Shown here: positions 17,947 through 27,414 of the stretch, one piece after another
Layout of the letters: each line of letters starts with the position of its first letter
How positions within the stretch are numbered: the first letter of the stretch is position 1
Source of the DNA: Candidatus Omnitrophota bacterium
GTDB taxonomy: Bacteria > Omnitrophota > Gorgyraeia > 2-01-FULL-45-10
Direction: 5' to 3'
Assembly: GCA_016935115.1 (NCBI GenBank)
Contig: JAFGRN010000014.1
Span: forward strand, 1-41,856
Length of the DNA: 41,856 nt
Notes under the pieces: generated by a model
Database searches by the model: none
Told to the model about the DNA's origin: nothing
What the model saw: the letters and a program-made list of their open reading frames with translations, nothing else
Position numbers and translations under genes: made by a program

Positions 17947-18950
17947 AGATGGATACCATAACATTGAGCCATGGCGGCGGCGGAAGAAAGATGCACGAAC
18001 TGATCGATTCGGTCTTCAGGAAAGAATTCGCCGACACGGCTCTCGATGAAAAGAAGGATTCGGCAATAGTGAATCTGGCAGGGAGGCCCATCGCGTTTAC
18101 GACGGATTCCTATGTGGTTAATCCGATATTTTTTCCCGGCGGAGATATCGGCTCCCTCGCTATTTACGGCACCGTGAATGACCTGGCAGTGTGCGGGGCC
18201 AGGCCCCTCTATATTTCGGCGGGCGCCGTTATAGAGGAAGGTTTTCCGAAAAAGGACCTCTTGAGGATAGTCCGTTCCATGGCCAAAGCCGCCGGAAAAT
18301 CGGGTGTGCGCATAGTAACGGGAGATACGAAGGTGGTTGAGCGCGGGGCATGTGACAGGATCTTCATCAATACGAGCGGTATAGGCGAGATCTATTACAG
18401 CGGATTGTCGCAGGCGAAGATAAGGGCCGGCGATTCGTTAATATTAAGCGGCCCGGTCGGCGACCATGCCGTAAGCATTCTGTCGAAAAGGGAGGGGATA
18501 GGTTTTTCTACCGCGATAAAGAGCGATTCGGCGCCGCTAAATGCGCTTATTAGAAAAATTCTCGGGGTATCGAAAAGATTGCGTTTTATGCGCGACCCGA
18601 CCAGAGGCGGCCTTGCTACCACGCTCAATGAGATCGCGTCCGGTTCCCGTTTTTCGATCGCGGTAGACGAAGCGGCCGTTCCGGTGCGGGATGGTGTTCG
18701 CCAGGCATGCGAATTATTGGGGCTGGACCCTTTATATCTTGCCTGCGAAGGCCGTGTGGTATTGGTCGCGGCCCAGGATGACGAGCGGGGGATACTGAAA
18801 GCATTACGCTCCGATAAGTCCGGACGCATGGCTGCAAAGATCGGCAGTATCACGGGCGATTATCCCGGGAAAGTATATCTCAATACGATAGCTGGCGGCA
18901 GGAGGATCCTTGATATGCTTTCCGGGGAACAGCTGCCCAGGATCTGCTGA
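17943..18950 (+). CDS. hypE: Carbamoyl dehydratase
   Basis: HGGGG, TTDSYVV.P.FFPGGDIG, GDTKVV, RDPTRGG, C-terminal LPRIC. Confidence 0.97.
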   Translation: MKMDTITLSHGGGGRKMHELIDSVFRKEFADTALDEKKDSAIVNLAGRPIAFTTDSYVVNPIFFPGGDIGSLAIYGTVNDLAVCGARPLYISAGAVIEEGFPKKDLLRIVRSMAKAAGKSGVRIVTGDTKVVERGACDRIFINTSGIGEIYYSGLSQAKIRAGDSLILSGPVGDHAVSILSKREGIGFSTAIKSDSAPLNALIRKILGVSKRLRFMRDPTRGGLATTLNEIASGSRFSIAVDEAAVPVRDGVRQACELLGLDPLYLACEGRVVLVAAQDDERGILKALRSDKSGRMAAKIGSITGDYPGKVYLNTIAGGRRILDMLSGEQLPRIC

Positions 18951-19669
18951 TGTACAGAGAGCGCGCCTACAGGAGATGGGTTAATGCAGACGGCCTCGTC
19001 ACATTCGAGGTGATGGAGAAAGAGACGGATCTCGCCATCTCCGCCTCAAGGGACCTGGAGAGGCAGGCTCGTTCGGCACTATTGACCTACCGCAAGGAGA
19101 TTGAAGATTATATAAAACTTGACTGCGCCTTTTTAACATCTCTGGAGCCGTTAAGCGTGAGAGCCGGAGCCCCTCTTATAATAAGGTCGATGGCTGATGC
19201 GGCCGCGAAAGCCGGTGTCGGACCGATGGCGGCTGTCGCCGGTGCGGTCGCCGAATTCGTCGGCAGGGATCTCCTGCAGTTCTCCGGCGAAGTTATAGTC
19301 GAGAACGGCGGCGACATATTTTTAAGGAGCGCGAAGAAGAGAGTGATGGGTATCTATGCAGGCGAGGAGTCGCCGTTTACCGGCAAACTGGCCATAGAAA
19401 CGGGGCCCTCGGAGGACGGCATCGGCGTATGCGCTTCGAGCGGCACGGTCAGCCACTCCTTAAGCTTCGGGAAATCGGACGCTGTAGTGATCATGGCCGA
19501 TGAGGCCGCCCTGGCGGATGCAGTTGCCACGGCATCGGGTAATATGTTAAAATCTTCCATGGATATAGAGAAGGCTATCGATTTTGCCCGGTCTGTAGAA
19601 GGCGTAAACGGAGCCCTTGTCATAATAAAAGATAAGATGGGAAGCTGGGGCGGGATAAAATTAGTGTAA
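18950..19669 (+). CDS. UPF0280 / COG2122 ApbE-like protein
   Basis: YRER.YR, ETDL, VGPMAAVAGA, ENGGDI, GVCASSGTVSHSLSFG, ADAVATA. Confidence 0.85.
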   Translation: MYRERAYRRWVNADGLVTFEVMEKETDLAISASRDLERQARSALLTYRKEIEDYIKLDCAFLTSLEPLSVRAGAPLIIRSMADAAAKAGVGPMAAVAGAVAEFVGRDLLQFSGEVIVENGGDIFLRSAKKRVMGIYAGEESPFTGKLAIETGPSEDGIGVCASSGTVSHSLSFGKSDAVVIMADEAALADAVATASGNMLKSSMDIEKAIDFARSVEGVNGALVIIKDKMGSWGGIKLV

Positions 19670-19703
19670 AGAGTGAGACGGGGGACAATAAGGGGGTTTA
19701 AAG

Positions 19704-20111
19704 ATGGTATCCAAAAGAATAGTCCTGACATTTCCGCATGACATGGTGGACCAGCCTATAGTCTATAAGCTTGTCAAGGAACACAATCTTGTCTTTAATA
19801 TATTACAGGCCAAGATCACTCCGCGGGAAGAAGGGGTAATGGTGCTGGAATTGAAAGGCAAGAAAGAAGATTATGTCGCGGGCATAAAATACCTGAGGTC
19901 CATAGGCGTGAAGATCCAGCCGATAAGCCGCGATGTGACGAGGGATGAGGAGAAGTGCACCCATTGCGGCGCATGCGTAACAATATGCCCGACAGGAGCG
20001 CTCTATACGGATAAGAAGACGATGAAAGTCATGTTCGATTCCGAAAAGTGTATTGCCTGCGAACTCTGCGTAAAGGCCTGCCCGCCCCGCGCCATGATGG
20101 TGAAATTGTAA
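19704..20111 (+). CDS. NIL-domain 2x[4Fe-4S] ferredoxin
   Basis: P.VYKLVK..NL.FNILQA NIL domain; CTHCGACVTICP and CIACELCVKACP. Confidence 0.88.
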   Translation: MVSKRIVLTFPHDMVDQPIVYKLVKEHNLVFNILQAKITPREEGVMVLELKGKKEDYVAGIKYLRSIGVKIQPISRDVTRDEEKCTHCGACVTICPTGALYTDKKTMKVMFDSEKCIACELCVKACPPRAMMVKL

Positions 20112-20122
20112 CAGATTTCGCC

Positions 20123-20152
20123 TTGACGGAATGGCAATGCTTAGTTTACAAT
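20123..20152 (+). promoter_or_regulatory. Sigma70 promoter of the hydrogenase operon
   Basis: TTGACG-N18-TACAAT. Confidence 0.6.
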
Positions 20153-20188
20153 ATTGGCTCCCTTATTTGTTAACATATAACTTATATC

Positions 20189-21235
20189 ATGAAGAATAAC
20201 CTGTACACCATAACCAAGAAAGACCTGTTCGACTTATTCGGGCGCCTTGCCGGAGCCAACAGGGTAGTCGTGCCTTACATTAAGGGCGAGAAGCTCTCTT
20301 TCGACGACTTTGACCCTAAAAAAGAAGATGTGATAGAGCTCGGCGGCGTTAGGCAGAGCCAGCCGGTCAAGTCATTTATAAATCCGGTAAGGGAGAAGAT
20401 AACCGGTTCAGCCCCCCGTGGCAAGCCTCTCGTATTAGCCGGCGTAAAAGCATGCGACCTGTCGAGCCTTTTTGTGCAGGATTCCGTTTTCCTGGGCGGA
20501 GATATCGAAGACCCTTTTTACGCGGAAAACAGGAAGAATACGACTATTATAGCCTCGGATTGCACATATGCCAAAGAGACCTGTTTTTGCGTAGCGATGG
20601 AAGGCGCGCCTTATCCATCCAGGTATTTTGACCTTTCCATATCGGCGATAGATAATTATTTTCTGGTGGAGGTAGGAAGCGAAAAAGGGCAGAAGCTGAT
20701 CGACGGGTATAAGACTTTCTTCAAGTCTCCCTCAGTTCATGCCGAGGACCTGCGCCGCGCCGCCCGCGAAAGGGTTACAGGGCAGGTCCGCGATTTCATA
20801 GCAGGAAGAGGCACACCCGATACCGCCCGGATCAAGGGCATGGTGAGAAAGAACTATGATCTGACGGACTTCTGGAAGGAGATGGCGTCGACCTGTGTGG
20901 AGTGCGGAGCCTGTAATTTGGCCTGTCCCACGTGTCATTGTTTTCTCCTCTTCGACGAGAAAGACCAGGCTGGAGCGAAACGCTTCAGGGTTTGGGACGC
21001 CTGCCTTTACAGCACATTCGCGAAGGTCGCCGGAAATCATAATCCCAGGAAGCATCTGTACGAACGCCTGCGCAACAGGTTCGACAAAAAATTCGATTTC
21101 TTTCCGGAAACGCTCGGCTGTTTCGCTTGCACGGGATGCGGCCGCTGTATAGAGGCGTGCCCCGGGAGCATAGACATAAGAGAAGTATTGAAAGGCCTGG
21201 TATCAGGCAAATGGAAGACACCTCCCCATGAGTGA
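20189..21235 (+). CDS. AsrA / sulfhydrogenase beta (HydB)-like Fe-S protein
   Basis: GVKACD, D..Y, CFC, CVECGACNLACPTCHC, WDAC, CTGCGRCIEACP. Confidence 0.85.
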   Translation: MKNNLYTITKKDLFDLFGRLAGANRVVVPYIKGEKLSFDDFDPKKEDVIELGGVRQSQPVKSFINPVREKITGSAPRGKPLVLAGVKACDLSSLFVQDSVFLGGDIEDPFYAENRKNTTIIASDCTYAKETCFCVAMEGAPYPSRYFDLSISAIDNYFLVEVGSEKGQKLIDGYKTFFKSPSVHAEDLRRAARERVTGQVRDFIAGRGTPDTARIKGMVRKNYDLTDFWKEMASTCVECGACNLACPTCHCFLLFDEKDQAGAKRFRVWDACLYSTFAKVAGNHNPRKHLYERLRNRFDKKFDFFPETLGCFACTGCGRCIEACPGSIDIREVLKGLVSGKWKTPPHE

Positions 21236-22058
21236 TTGTAAAAAGAACCCCTACGCTTTCATAGAAGCCGAAGTGATAAAGGTTACCGATGAGACATCCA
21301 ATATAAAGACGTTGACCTTGAAGCCGCGCGGTGATATTGCCTTCAGGGCGGGCCAGTTCATGGAGGTAACGCTTCCGGGAATAGGCGAAGCGCCGTTCAC
21401 GCCTTCATCAAACCACAACAGCAAAGAAACCCTGGATTTTACCATAATGAGCGCCGGGCGAGTCACGAAGCTTATCCACCAGGCTAAGGCTGGGGATGTG
21501 GTGGGCCTGCGCGGGCCGTACGGCACGCGGTATCCGCTGGAGCAGTTCAAGGGCAGGGAAGTATTCATCGTAGGCGGCGGTGTCGGGCTGGCGCCGCTCA
21601 GGGCGCTTCTTTACGCTCTCTTCAATGACATCGGGGATTATAAGAAGATAATACTGCGTTACGGCGCGAGGTCCCCGGGCGACATTGTCTATAAGAGCGA
21701 GATAGATTCATGGCGCCGCAAGGCCGGCAATGTGGATGTAGGGATAACGTGCGATGTCGGAGATCCGTCATGGAGCGGCCATGTCGGGCTTGTTACCACG
21801 ATCCTCAGTAATGACGGCCTCGATATCGGAAATGCGGTTGCCATAGTCTGCGGGCCCCCGATAATGATGAAATTCGCCACATTCAAGCTGTTGGACCTGG
21901 GCTTCAAGGACAGCCAGATACACCTTTCCATGGAGAAGAACATGTCCTGCGGCATAGGCAAATGCGGCCATTGCAGGATAGGGCCATATTACGCGTGCAA
22001 AGACGGGCCGGTCTTTACTTACGATAAGATAAAGAGCCTGCCGAATATCTGGGATTAG
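21228..22058 (+). CDS. AsrB / sulfhydrogenase gamma (HydG)-like FAD/NAD(P)-binding [2Fe-2S] protein
   Basis: GQF, RGPYG, GGGVGLAP, CGPPIMM, MSCGIGKCGHC...CKDGPVF. Confidence 0.9.
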   Translation: MSDCKKNPYAFIEAEVIKVTDETSNIKTLTLKPRGDIAFRAGQFMEVTLPGIGEAPFTPSSNHNSKETLDFTIMSAGRVTKLIHQAKAGDVVGLRGPYGTRYPLEQFKGREVFIVGGGVGLAPLRALLYALFNDIGDYKKIILRYGARSPGDIVYKSEIDSWRRKAGNVDVGITCDVGDPSWSGHVGLVTTILSNDGLDIGNAVAIVCGPPIMMKFATFKLLDLGFKDSQIHLSMEKNMSCGIGKCGHCRIGPYYACKDGPVFTYDKIKSLPNIWD

Positions 22059-22062
22059 GATC

Positions 22063-22566
22063 ATGAAACGGTTGTTGATAGATCTGGATATATGTTCAAA
22101 GTGCGATGAGTGCGGGATGCTCTGCAGTTATATCCGGCACCCCTCGAATAACGGCATAACATCCCTGCGGGAATTCGGGCATTTCGCCGTAGTCTGCCGC
22201 CGCTGTGACGACGCGCCGTGTGTGGCATCGTGCCCGTGGGAGGCGCTTGAATTGCAGAAAGATACGAACATGCTGAAGAGATACATGATGCGCTGCACAT
22301 CATGCAAATCATGTTCGAGGGCCTGTCCGTTCGGAGTAATATATCCTGAGACTATACCGTTTGTTATAGCGAGATGCGATCACTGCCTTGGCAGGCTTAA
22401 GGGCGACGAGAAGCCAGTCTGCCTGGAATCGTGCGGCCATGGAGGCATAAAGTACGGCGAGTTTTCGGAAAATAAAGAAGAGGGGATATTCGCCGCTTCC
22501 GAAAATCTCCTCGTGAAGACGTCTTACAAGTGGGAGAGGGTGCTCGAGGCTCCAAAGAAAAAGTAA
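22063..22566 (+). CDS. HycB/DmsB-like multi-[4Fe-4S] electron transfer subunit
   Basis: CSKCDEC, CRRCDDAPCVASCP, CTSCKSCSRACP, CDHC...VCLESC. Confidence 0.85.
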   Translation: MKRLLIDLDICSKCDECGMLCSYIRHPSNNGITSLREFGHFAVVCRRCDDAPCVASCPWEALELQKDTNMLKRYMMRCTSCKSCSRACPFGVIYPETIPFVIARCDHCLGRLKGDEKPVCLESCGHGGIKYGEFSENKEEGIFAASENLLVKTSYKWERVLEAPKKK

Positions 22567-22576
22567 AAGGAATACG

Positions 22577-23515
22577 ATGAAGTTTCCGGCATATATGTTC
22601 GCGTTTCTGGTCTTCCCCGGGTTTGTCTTCTCGGCTGTAGCGGGACTCATGGCAGGGTGGGTGGACAGGAAGGTCACAGCCCGCCTTCAATGGAGGGTAG
22701 GGCCGCCATGGTACCAGAACTTCTTTGATATATTAAAGCTCTTGCTGTATAAGGAGACCCTTATACCGAGGGGTGTGCCCAAAGCTGTCTTTCTTGGAAT
22801 GCCAGCGCTGGGCCTGGCCGCCGCTACTCTCGTTTCGACGATAGTGCTCATTACGAGCGGCATGCCCAAGATCGGATTTATCGGTGATGTAATAGTAGTG
22901 GTCTACCTGATGCTGATACCGCCGATTACGCTCATGCTCGGCGGTTTTGCCTCCGCGAATTCGCTCGCTTCCCTGGGCGCTTCCCGCGAAATGAAGCTGA
23001 TGCTATCGTACGAACTGCCTTTTATACTGGCGCTGGCCGTGCCTATAATGAAATGCGGTTATGTCATACGGCTGGGTGATATCATCGCCTACCAGCGCCT
23101 TCACGGAGATATTTTCGCGAGCCTGTCCGGAGGGATCTCTTTCTTTGTCATGCTTCTCTGCATACAGGCAAAACTCGGGTTTGTCCCTTTTGATATGCCC
23201 GAAGCCGAGACGGAACTGATGGGCGGGCCCTACATAGAGTATTCCGGCAAAGCCCTCGCGATATTCAAATTGACAAAAGCGGTCATGACAGTCGCGATAC
23301 CGGCATTCATGATAGCGCTCTACCTGGGTGGGATTAAATTAACGCTTGATGGCATCGTGAAAGCCGTGATAAAGTACATTCTTATACTTACGGCGATGAT
23401 AATCATAAAGAATACCAATCCCAGGGTAAGAATAGACCAGGCGGTGAAGTTTTTCTGGGGCATTGTAATGGTTCTGGCGGCAGTATCGCTGGTACTGGCA
23501 TTCATGGGAAGGTAA
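22577..23515 (+). CDS. Hydrogenase membrane anchor, NuoH/HycD/MbhM-like
   Basis: DRKVTARLQWRVGPP, GASRE, PFDMPEAETEL..G..EYSG, PRVRIDQ. Confidence 0.92.
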   Translation: MKFPAYMFAFLVFPGFVFSAVAGLMAGWVDRKVTARLQWRVGPPWYQNFFDILKLLLYKETLIPRGVPKAVFLGMPALGLAAATLVSTIVLITSGMPKIGFIGDVIVVVYLMLIPPITLMLGGFASANSLASLGASREMKLMLSYELPFILALAVPIMKCGYVIRLGDIIAYQRLHGDIFASLSGGISFFVMLLCIQAKLGFVPFDMPEAETELMGGPYIEYSGKALAIFKLTKAVMTVAIPAFMIALYLGGIKLTLDGIVKAVIKYILILTAMIIIKNTNPRVRIDQAVKFFWGIVMVLAAVSLVLAFMGR

Positions 23516-23516
23516 G

Positions 23517-23951
23517 ATGGGACTAAAAGAGATTGTACTGACGAAGTCGATATACGTATTCCACGTCTCGAGCGGAAGCTGTAATAACTGTGATATAGAG
23601 ATAATAGCCGCGCTTACGCCGAGGTTCGACCTCGAGCGTTTCGGGGTGGTCCTGGTCGGCAGTATCAAACACGCGGATGCCATGCTCTGCACCGGCTCAT
23701 CGAACCGCCTGGCGATACCGAGGGTAAAGGCCCTGTATGAACAGATGCCGAAACCCGGCTTTGTCATCGCATACGGCTCATGCGGTGCTTCGAGAGGTTT
23801 ATTCAAGGATAGCTACAATACCTGTGCGCCTCTCGATGAGATAATACCTGTCGATGCCTATATACCGGGATGCCCTCCGAAGCCGGAAGCCACTATAGCA
23901 GCGCTCGCAAAACTTATAGCCAGGGTCAGGGCAAAGAAGGCGGTTAAATGA
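23517..23951 (+). CDS. Group 4 [NiFe]-hydrogenase small subunit (NuoB/MbhJ-like)
   Basis: GSCNNCDIE, FDLERFG, GSC, PGCPPKPE. Confidence 0.93.
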   Translation: MGLKEIVLTKSIYVFHVSSGSCNNCDIEIIAALTPRFDLERFGVVLVGSIKHADAMLCTGSSNRLAIPRVKALYEQMPKPGFVIAYGSCGASRGLFKDSYNTCAPLDEIIPVDAYIPGCPPKPEATIAALAKLIARVRAKKAVK

Positions 23952-24415
23952 AGATAGATGATATATTGAAGAGATTGACCGATCGTTACGGCGACCGCCT
24001 GCTTAAGGTCGAGAGGAAGTCGCATAAGCGGGCGTACATAGACATATATCCGAAGGAAATAGTCGATGTGGCTGGATATATCTTCAGGGAACTTGGCATG
24101 CGTTTCAATATAGCTAGCGCGGTGGACGAACTTGAGCGGCTGGAGATATTGTACCATTTTTCATACGATCCCTCGGGCATTATCATATCCGTAAGGACGC
24201 TCTTGAATGACAAGGATAATCCGCGCATCGATACGATTACCGGAGTGACGCCCGCGGCATGGTGGATAGAGAGGGAGATACATGAGCTTTTCGGGATACA
24301 CTTTGACGGCAATGAGGACCTGCGGCAGCTCCTTCTGCCGGATGATTGGCCGAAAGGCGTCTATCCGTTGAGAAAGAGTTTTGTGGTGCCGAAGAGAGAT
24401 TCGAGGAAGTCATGA
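23948..24415 (+). CDS. NuoC/MbhK-like subunit
   Basis: EILYHF, WIEREIHELFGIHF.G, LLLPDDWP..YPLRK. Confidence 0.9.
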   Translation: MKIDDILKRLTDRYGDRLLKVERKSHKRAYIDIYPKEIVDVAGYIFRELGMRFNIASAVDELERLEILYHFSYDPSGIIISVRTLLNDKDNPRIDTITGVTPAAWWIEREIHELFGIHFDGNEDLRQLLLPDDWPKGVYPLRKSFVVPKRDSRKS

Positions 24416-25602
24416 GTTCCAACAGATCGACCATACCCATAGGGCCTTACCATCCGCTGCAGGAAGAGCCGGAGTTCTGGAAGCTGATAGTCGAGGGCGA
24501 GAAGGTCGTTGACGTGGACGTAAGGATAGGCTACAACCACCGTGGCATTGAGAAGCTTTCGGAAGCGAAGAGCTTCGACCAGTCGATATTTATCGTCGAG
24601 CGGATATGCGGCATATGTTCATCGAGCCATCCCATAGCCTGCGTTCAGGCCGTCGAGGATATCTGCAATATAGAAGTCCCGGAGAGGGCCCTGTATATCC
24701 GGACTATAACTCAGGAGCTCGAGAGAATACACTCGCACATGTTATGGCTCGGCCTGGCAGGGCACTTTATCGGTTATAATACAGTATTCATGTGGAGCTG
24801 GAAATACCGCGAGCCCATATGCGAGATCATGGAGACAGTAACTGGGAACCGCCAGAACTACGCTATGCATAAGGTGGGCGGAGTAAGGCGCGATATCGAG
24901 AAAGAGCACATACCTTATATATTGACGAAGCTCGACGAATTCTTAAAACAGCTCGATATGCTTAAAGGAGCGGTACTCGACGACCCTGTTATACACGCCC
25001 GCCTTAAGGGAGTGGGCGTGCTTTCCAGGGAAGCTGCGATAAATTACTCGGCAGTCGGGCCGGTCGCCAGGGCTTCAGATTTCGACATAGACGTAAGGCG
25101 CGACCATCCTTACGGCGTATACAGCAGGCTTAAGTGGAACGTGATCACGCAGAAAGAAGGGGACGTATTCGCGAAGGCGGTTGTGAGGATACTCGAGATG
25201 TTTGAATCCGCCAGTATTATAAGGCAGTGTCTTGATAAGATGCCAGATGGGCCTATAGATTCCAGGCCGAAAGATATTGAGCCGGGCGAAGGTATAGGGG
25301 TCATCGAGGCCCCAAGGGGGGAGTGCTTCCACTATATAAAGTGCGACGGCACAAATTCACCCGTCCGCCACAAGGTCAGGGCGCCTACTTATATGAACTT
25401 TCCGACATTCAGGGAGACTGTGATAGGCGGGAGTGTATCGGATGCCACTATAATAATGGCCGCGATAGACCCCTGTTACTGCTGTACGGAAAGAATGATG
25501 ATAGTGGATGGCGATAATAAAGAACTGCTTAAAGCCGGAGACCTCATAAGGCTTTCACAGGAAAAGACACGCAGGATAAAAGAGAGATTCGGGGTAATAT
25601 AA
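24412..25602 (+). CDS. Group 4 [NiFe]-hydrogenase large subunit
   Basis: IGPYHP..EP, HRGIEK, L1 ERICGIC, EAPRGE, L2 DPCYCCTER plus C-terminal extension; ATG 24412 overlaps the upstream stop. Confidence 0.94.
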   Translation: MSSNRSTIPIGPYHPLQEEPEFWKLIVEGEKVVDVDVRIGYNHRGIEKLSEAKSFDQSIFIVERICGICSSSHPIACVQAVEDICNIEVPERALYIRTITQELERIHSHMLWLGLAGHFIGYNTVFMWSWKYREPICEIMETVTGNRQNYAMHKVGGVRRDIEKEHIPYILTKLDEFLKQLDMLKGAVLDDPVIHARLKGVGVLSREAAINYSAVGPVARASDFDIDVRRDHPYGVYSRLKWNVITQKEGDVFAKAVVRILEMFESASIIRQCLDKMPDGPIDSRPKDIEPGEGIGVIEAPRGECFHYIKCDGTNSPVRHKVRAPTYMNFPTFRETVIGGSVSDATIIMAAIDPCYCCTERMMIVDGDNKELLKAGDLIRLSQEKTRRIKERFGVI

Positions 25603-25605
25603 AAG

Positions 25606-27408
25606 ATGTTCTCAGATCCGCTTCCGATACTGGTCATGGCGCCTATTGCGGCGGGATTTGCCTGCATAGCCGTGCCAGACGGCATGAAAGGTCTTATTAA
25701 ACTGTTTACGGGTATCGTGACTGCCGCATGCCTTGCCGGGAGCATCTTTGTATTCAGGGAAAAACCTGCCTTCTGGTTCTATGGAGATACGGCGGTCCTG
25801 CTGGCTGACAACCTGTCGGGTTTTATTGCAATAGCTGTTTCGGCATTCGCGTTTCTCATAACGATATATTCCTTCGGTTCCGTAGAGAGGTCATTTGGCA
25901 GGTACTTCGGGTATGTGCTGATGACTCTGGGTGCTTCCATGGGGGTCATATTTGCCAATAATCTCCTGGTCATGCTGGTATTCTGGGGATTCCTGGCGGC
26001 GATGCTCTACCTGCTGGTTAATCTGGAAAATACCAAAGAAGCGGCGCTTGCCGGCCGTAAAGCGCTCATAATAATAGGCGGCACTGATGCTGTGATGATA
26101 TTCGGAATAGGGCTCATATGGATCATGACGGATACTTTTTCCATGGATATGATACGGTTGCCTCTCGACAGCATATTAACTTACACCGCTTACTTTTGCA
26201 TAGTCATAGCGAGCTTCGCGAAAGCGGGGGCGATGCCTTTCCATTCATGGCTTCCGGATGTGGCAGAGAGCGCTTCCGGATCTGTGGCGGCATACCTGCC
26301 GGCCTCGCTCGATAAACTTCTCGGGATATACCTGCTTGCCAGGGTTTCATTCGACCTCTTTATAACGACAGCGGCGTCCAACCTTGTGTTATTGGCCGTG
26401 GGCGCTATTACTATAGTGTTGGCGGTTATGATGGCTCTCGTTCAGCATAATTACAGAAAACTTCTTGGGTATCATGCTGTTTCTCAGGTGGGTTACATGA
26501 TACTGGGTATAGGCAGCGGAACTGTGATAGGTATCGCCGGCGGGCTCTTCCACATGCTCAATAATGCAATATATAAATCATGCCTCTTTCTGACGAGCGG
26601 CGCGGTGGAGAAAAAGGCCGGTACAATGGATCTTGATAAGCTGGGCGGTCTGGCGAAGTTCATGCCGTTTACTTTTCTGGCCTGTGTCATAGCATCATTG
26701 GCCATATCCGGAATACCGCCTTTCAATGGTTTTGTATCAAAATGGATGATATACCAGGGCATAATAGAATCGGCCTCTTCATCAAGGTTGTGGGTGGTAT
26801 GGTTATGCGCGGCTATGTTCGGAAGCGCGCTTACCATAGCGAGTTTTATGAAACTGCTGCATGCCGCGTTCATGGGGAGAAAGTCGGATAATATAAAAGA
26901 GATCCGCGAAGTGGGCCCATCCATGTATATCCCGATGCTTACACTGGCCTTAATATGTATCATTTTCGGCATATTTGCTTTTAGCATACCGCTTCCGCTT
27001 TTTATATTGCCGGCCGTAAGCGGCGTTCCGGCTTTTATAGGGACGTGGGGCGCTGTTCTTGCTACGATACTTATCCTTGTGGGGGCGGCAGCGGGTTTTA
27101 TATTATACAGGTTCTTCGGCAGAAGCGGGTTACGCATTGTAGATAATTTCGTCGGCGGAGAAGCGCCGGAGAAATTATCGCGCGTATCGGGCACCGAATT
27201 CTATGATACTATAAATGATATAAGCCTGATCGGCAGGATCAACAGGGCCGAGTCGGCGGGGAATTTCGACCTTTATAACATAGGAATGAAGGCAGTTAAT
27301 TTTTTTACCATACCCCTGCAGCGCCTGCATAACGGCGTACTGCCTACATACCTTATATGGTGTTTTCTGGGAATGGTGGGAATGTTCCTCTTTTTATTTT
27401 TCAGGTGA
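25606..27408 (+). CDS. Antiporter-like membrane subunit (MrpA/NuoL/HyfB family)
   Basis: Many TM helices; KAGAMPFHSWLPD, LLGYHAVSQVGY, GIPPFNGFVSKW. Confidence 0.9.
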   Translation: MFSDPLPILVMAPIAAGFACIAVPDGMKGLIKLFTGIVTAACLAGSIFVFREKPAFWFYGDTAVLLADNLSGFIAIAVSAFAFLITIYSFGSVERSFGRYFGYVLMTLGASMGVIFANNLLVMLVFWGFLAAMLYLLVNLENTKEAALAGRKALIIIGGTDAVMIFGIGLIWIMTDTFSMDMIRLPLDSILTYTAYFCIVIASFAKAGAMPFHSWLPDVAESASGSVAAYLPASLDKLLGIYLLARVSFDLFITTAASNLVLLAVGAITIVLAVMMALVQHNYRKLLGYHAVSQVGYMILGIGSGTVIGIAGGLFHMLNNAIYKSCLFLTSGAVEKKAGTMDLDKLGGLAKFMPFTFLACVIASLAISGIPPFNGFVSKWMIYQGIIESASSSRLWVVWLCAAMFGSALTIASFMKLLHAAFMGRKSDNIKEIREVGPSMYIPMLTLALICIIFGIFAFSIPLPLFILPAVSGVPAFIGTWGAVLATILILVGAAAGFILYRFFGRSGLRIVDNFVGGEAPEKLSRVSGTEFYDTINDISLIGRINRAESAGNFDLYNIGMKAVNFFTIPLQRLHNGVLPTYLIWCFLGMVGMFLFLFFR

Positions 27409-27414
27409 AGATAT

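Noticed and set aside
20189-22058. Anaerobic sulfite reductase (asrABC) or soluble group 3b sulfhydrogenase
   Set aside because: No siroheme AsrC and no group 3b small or large subunits; the adjacent hydrogenase is group 4
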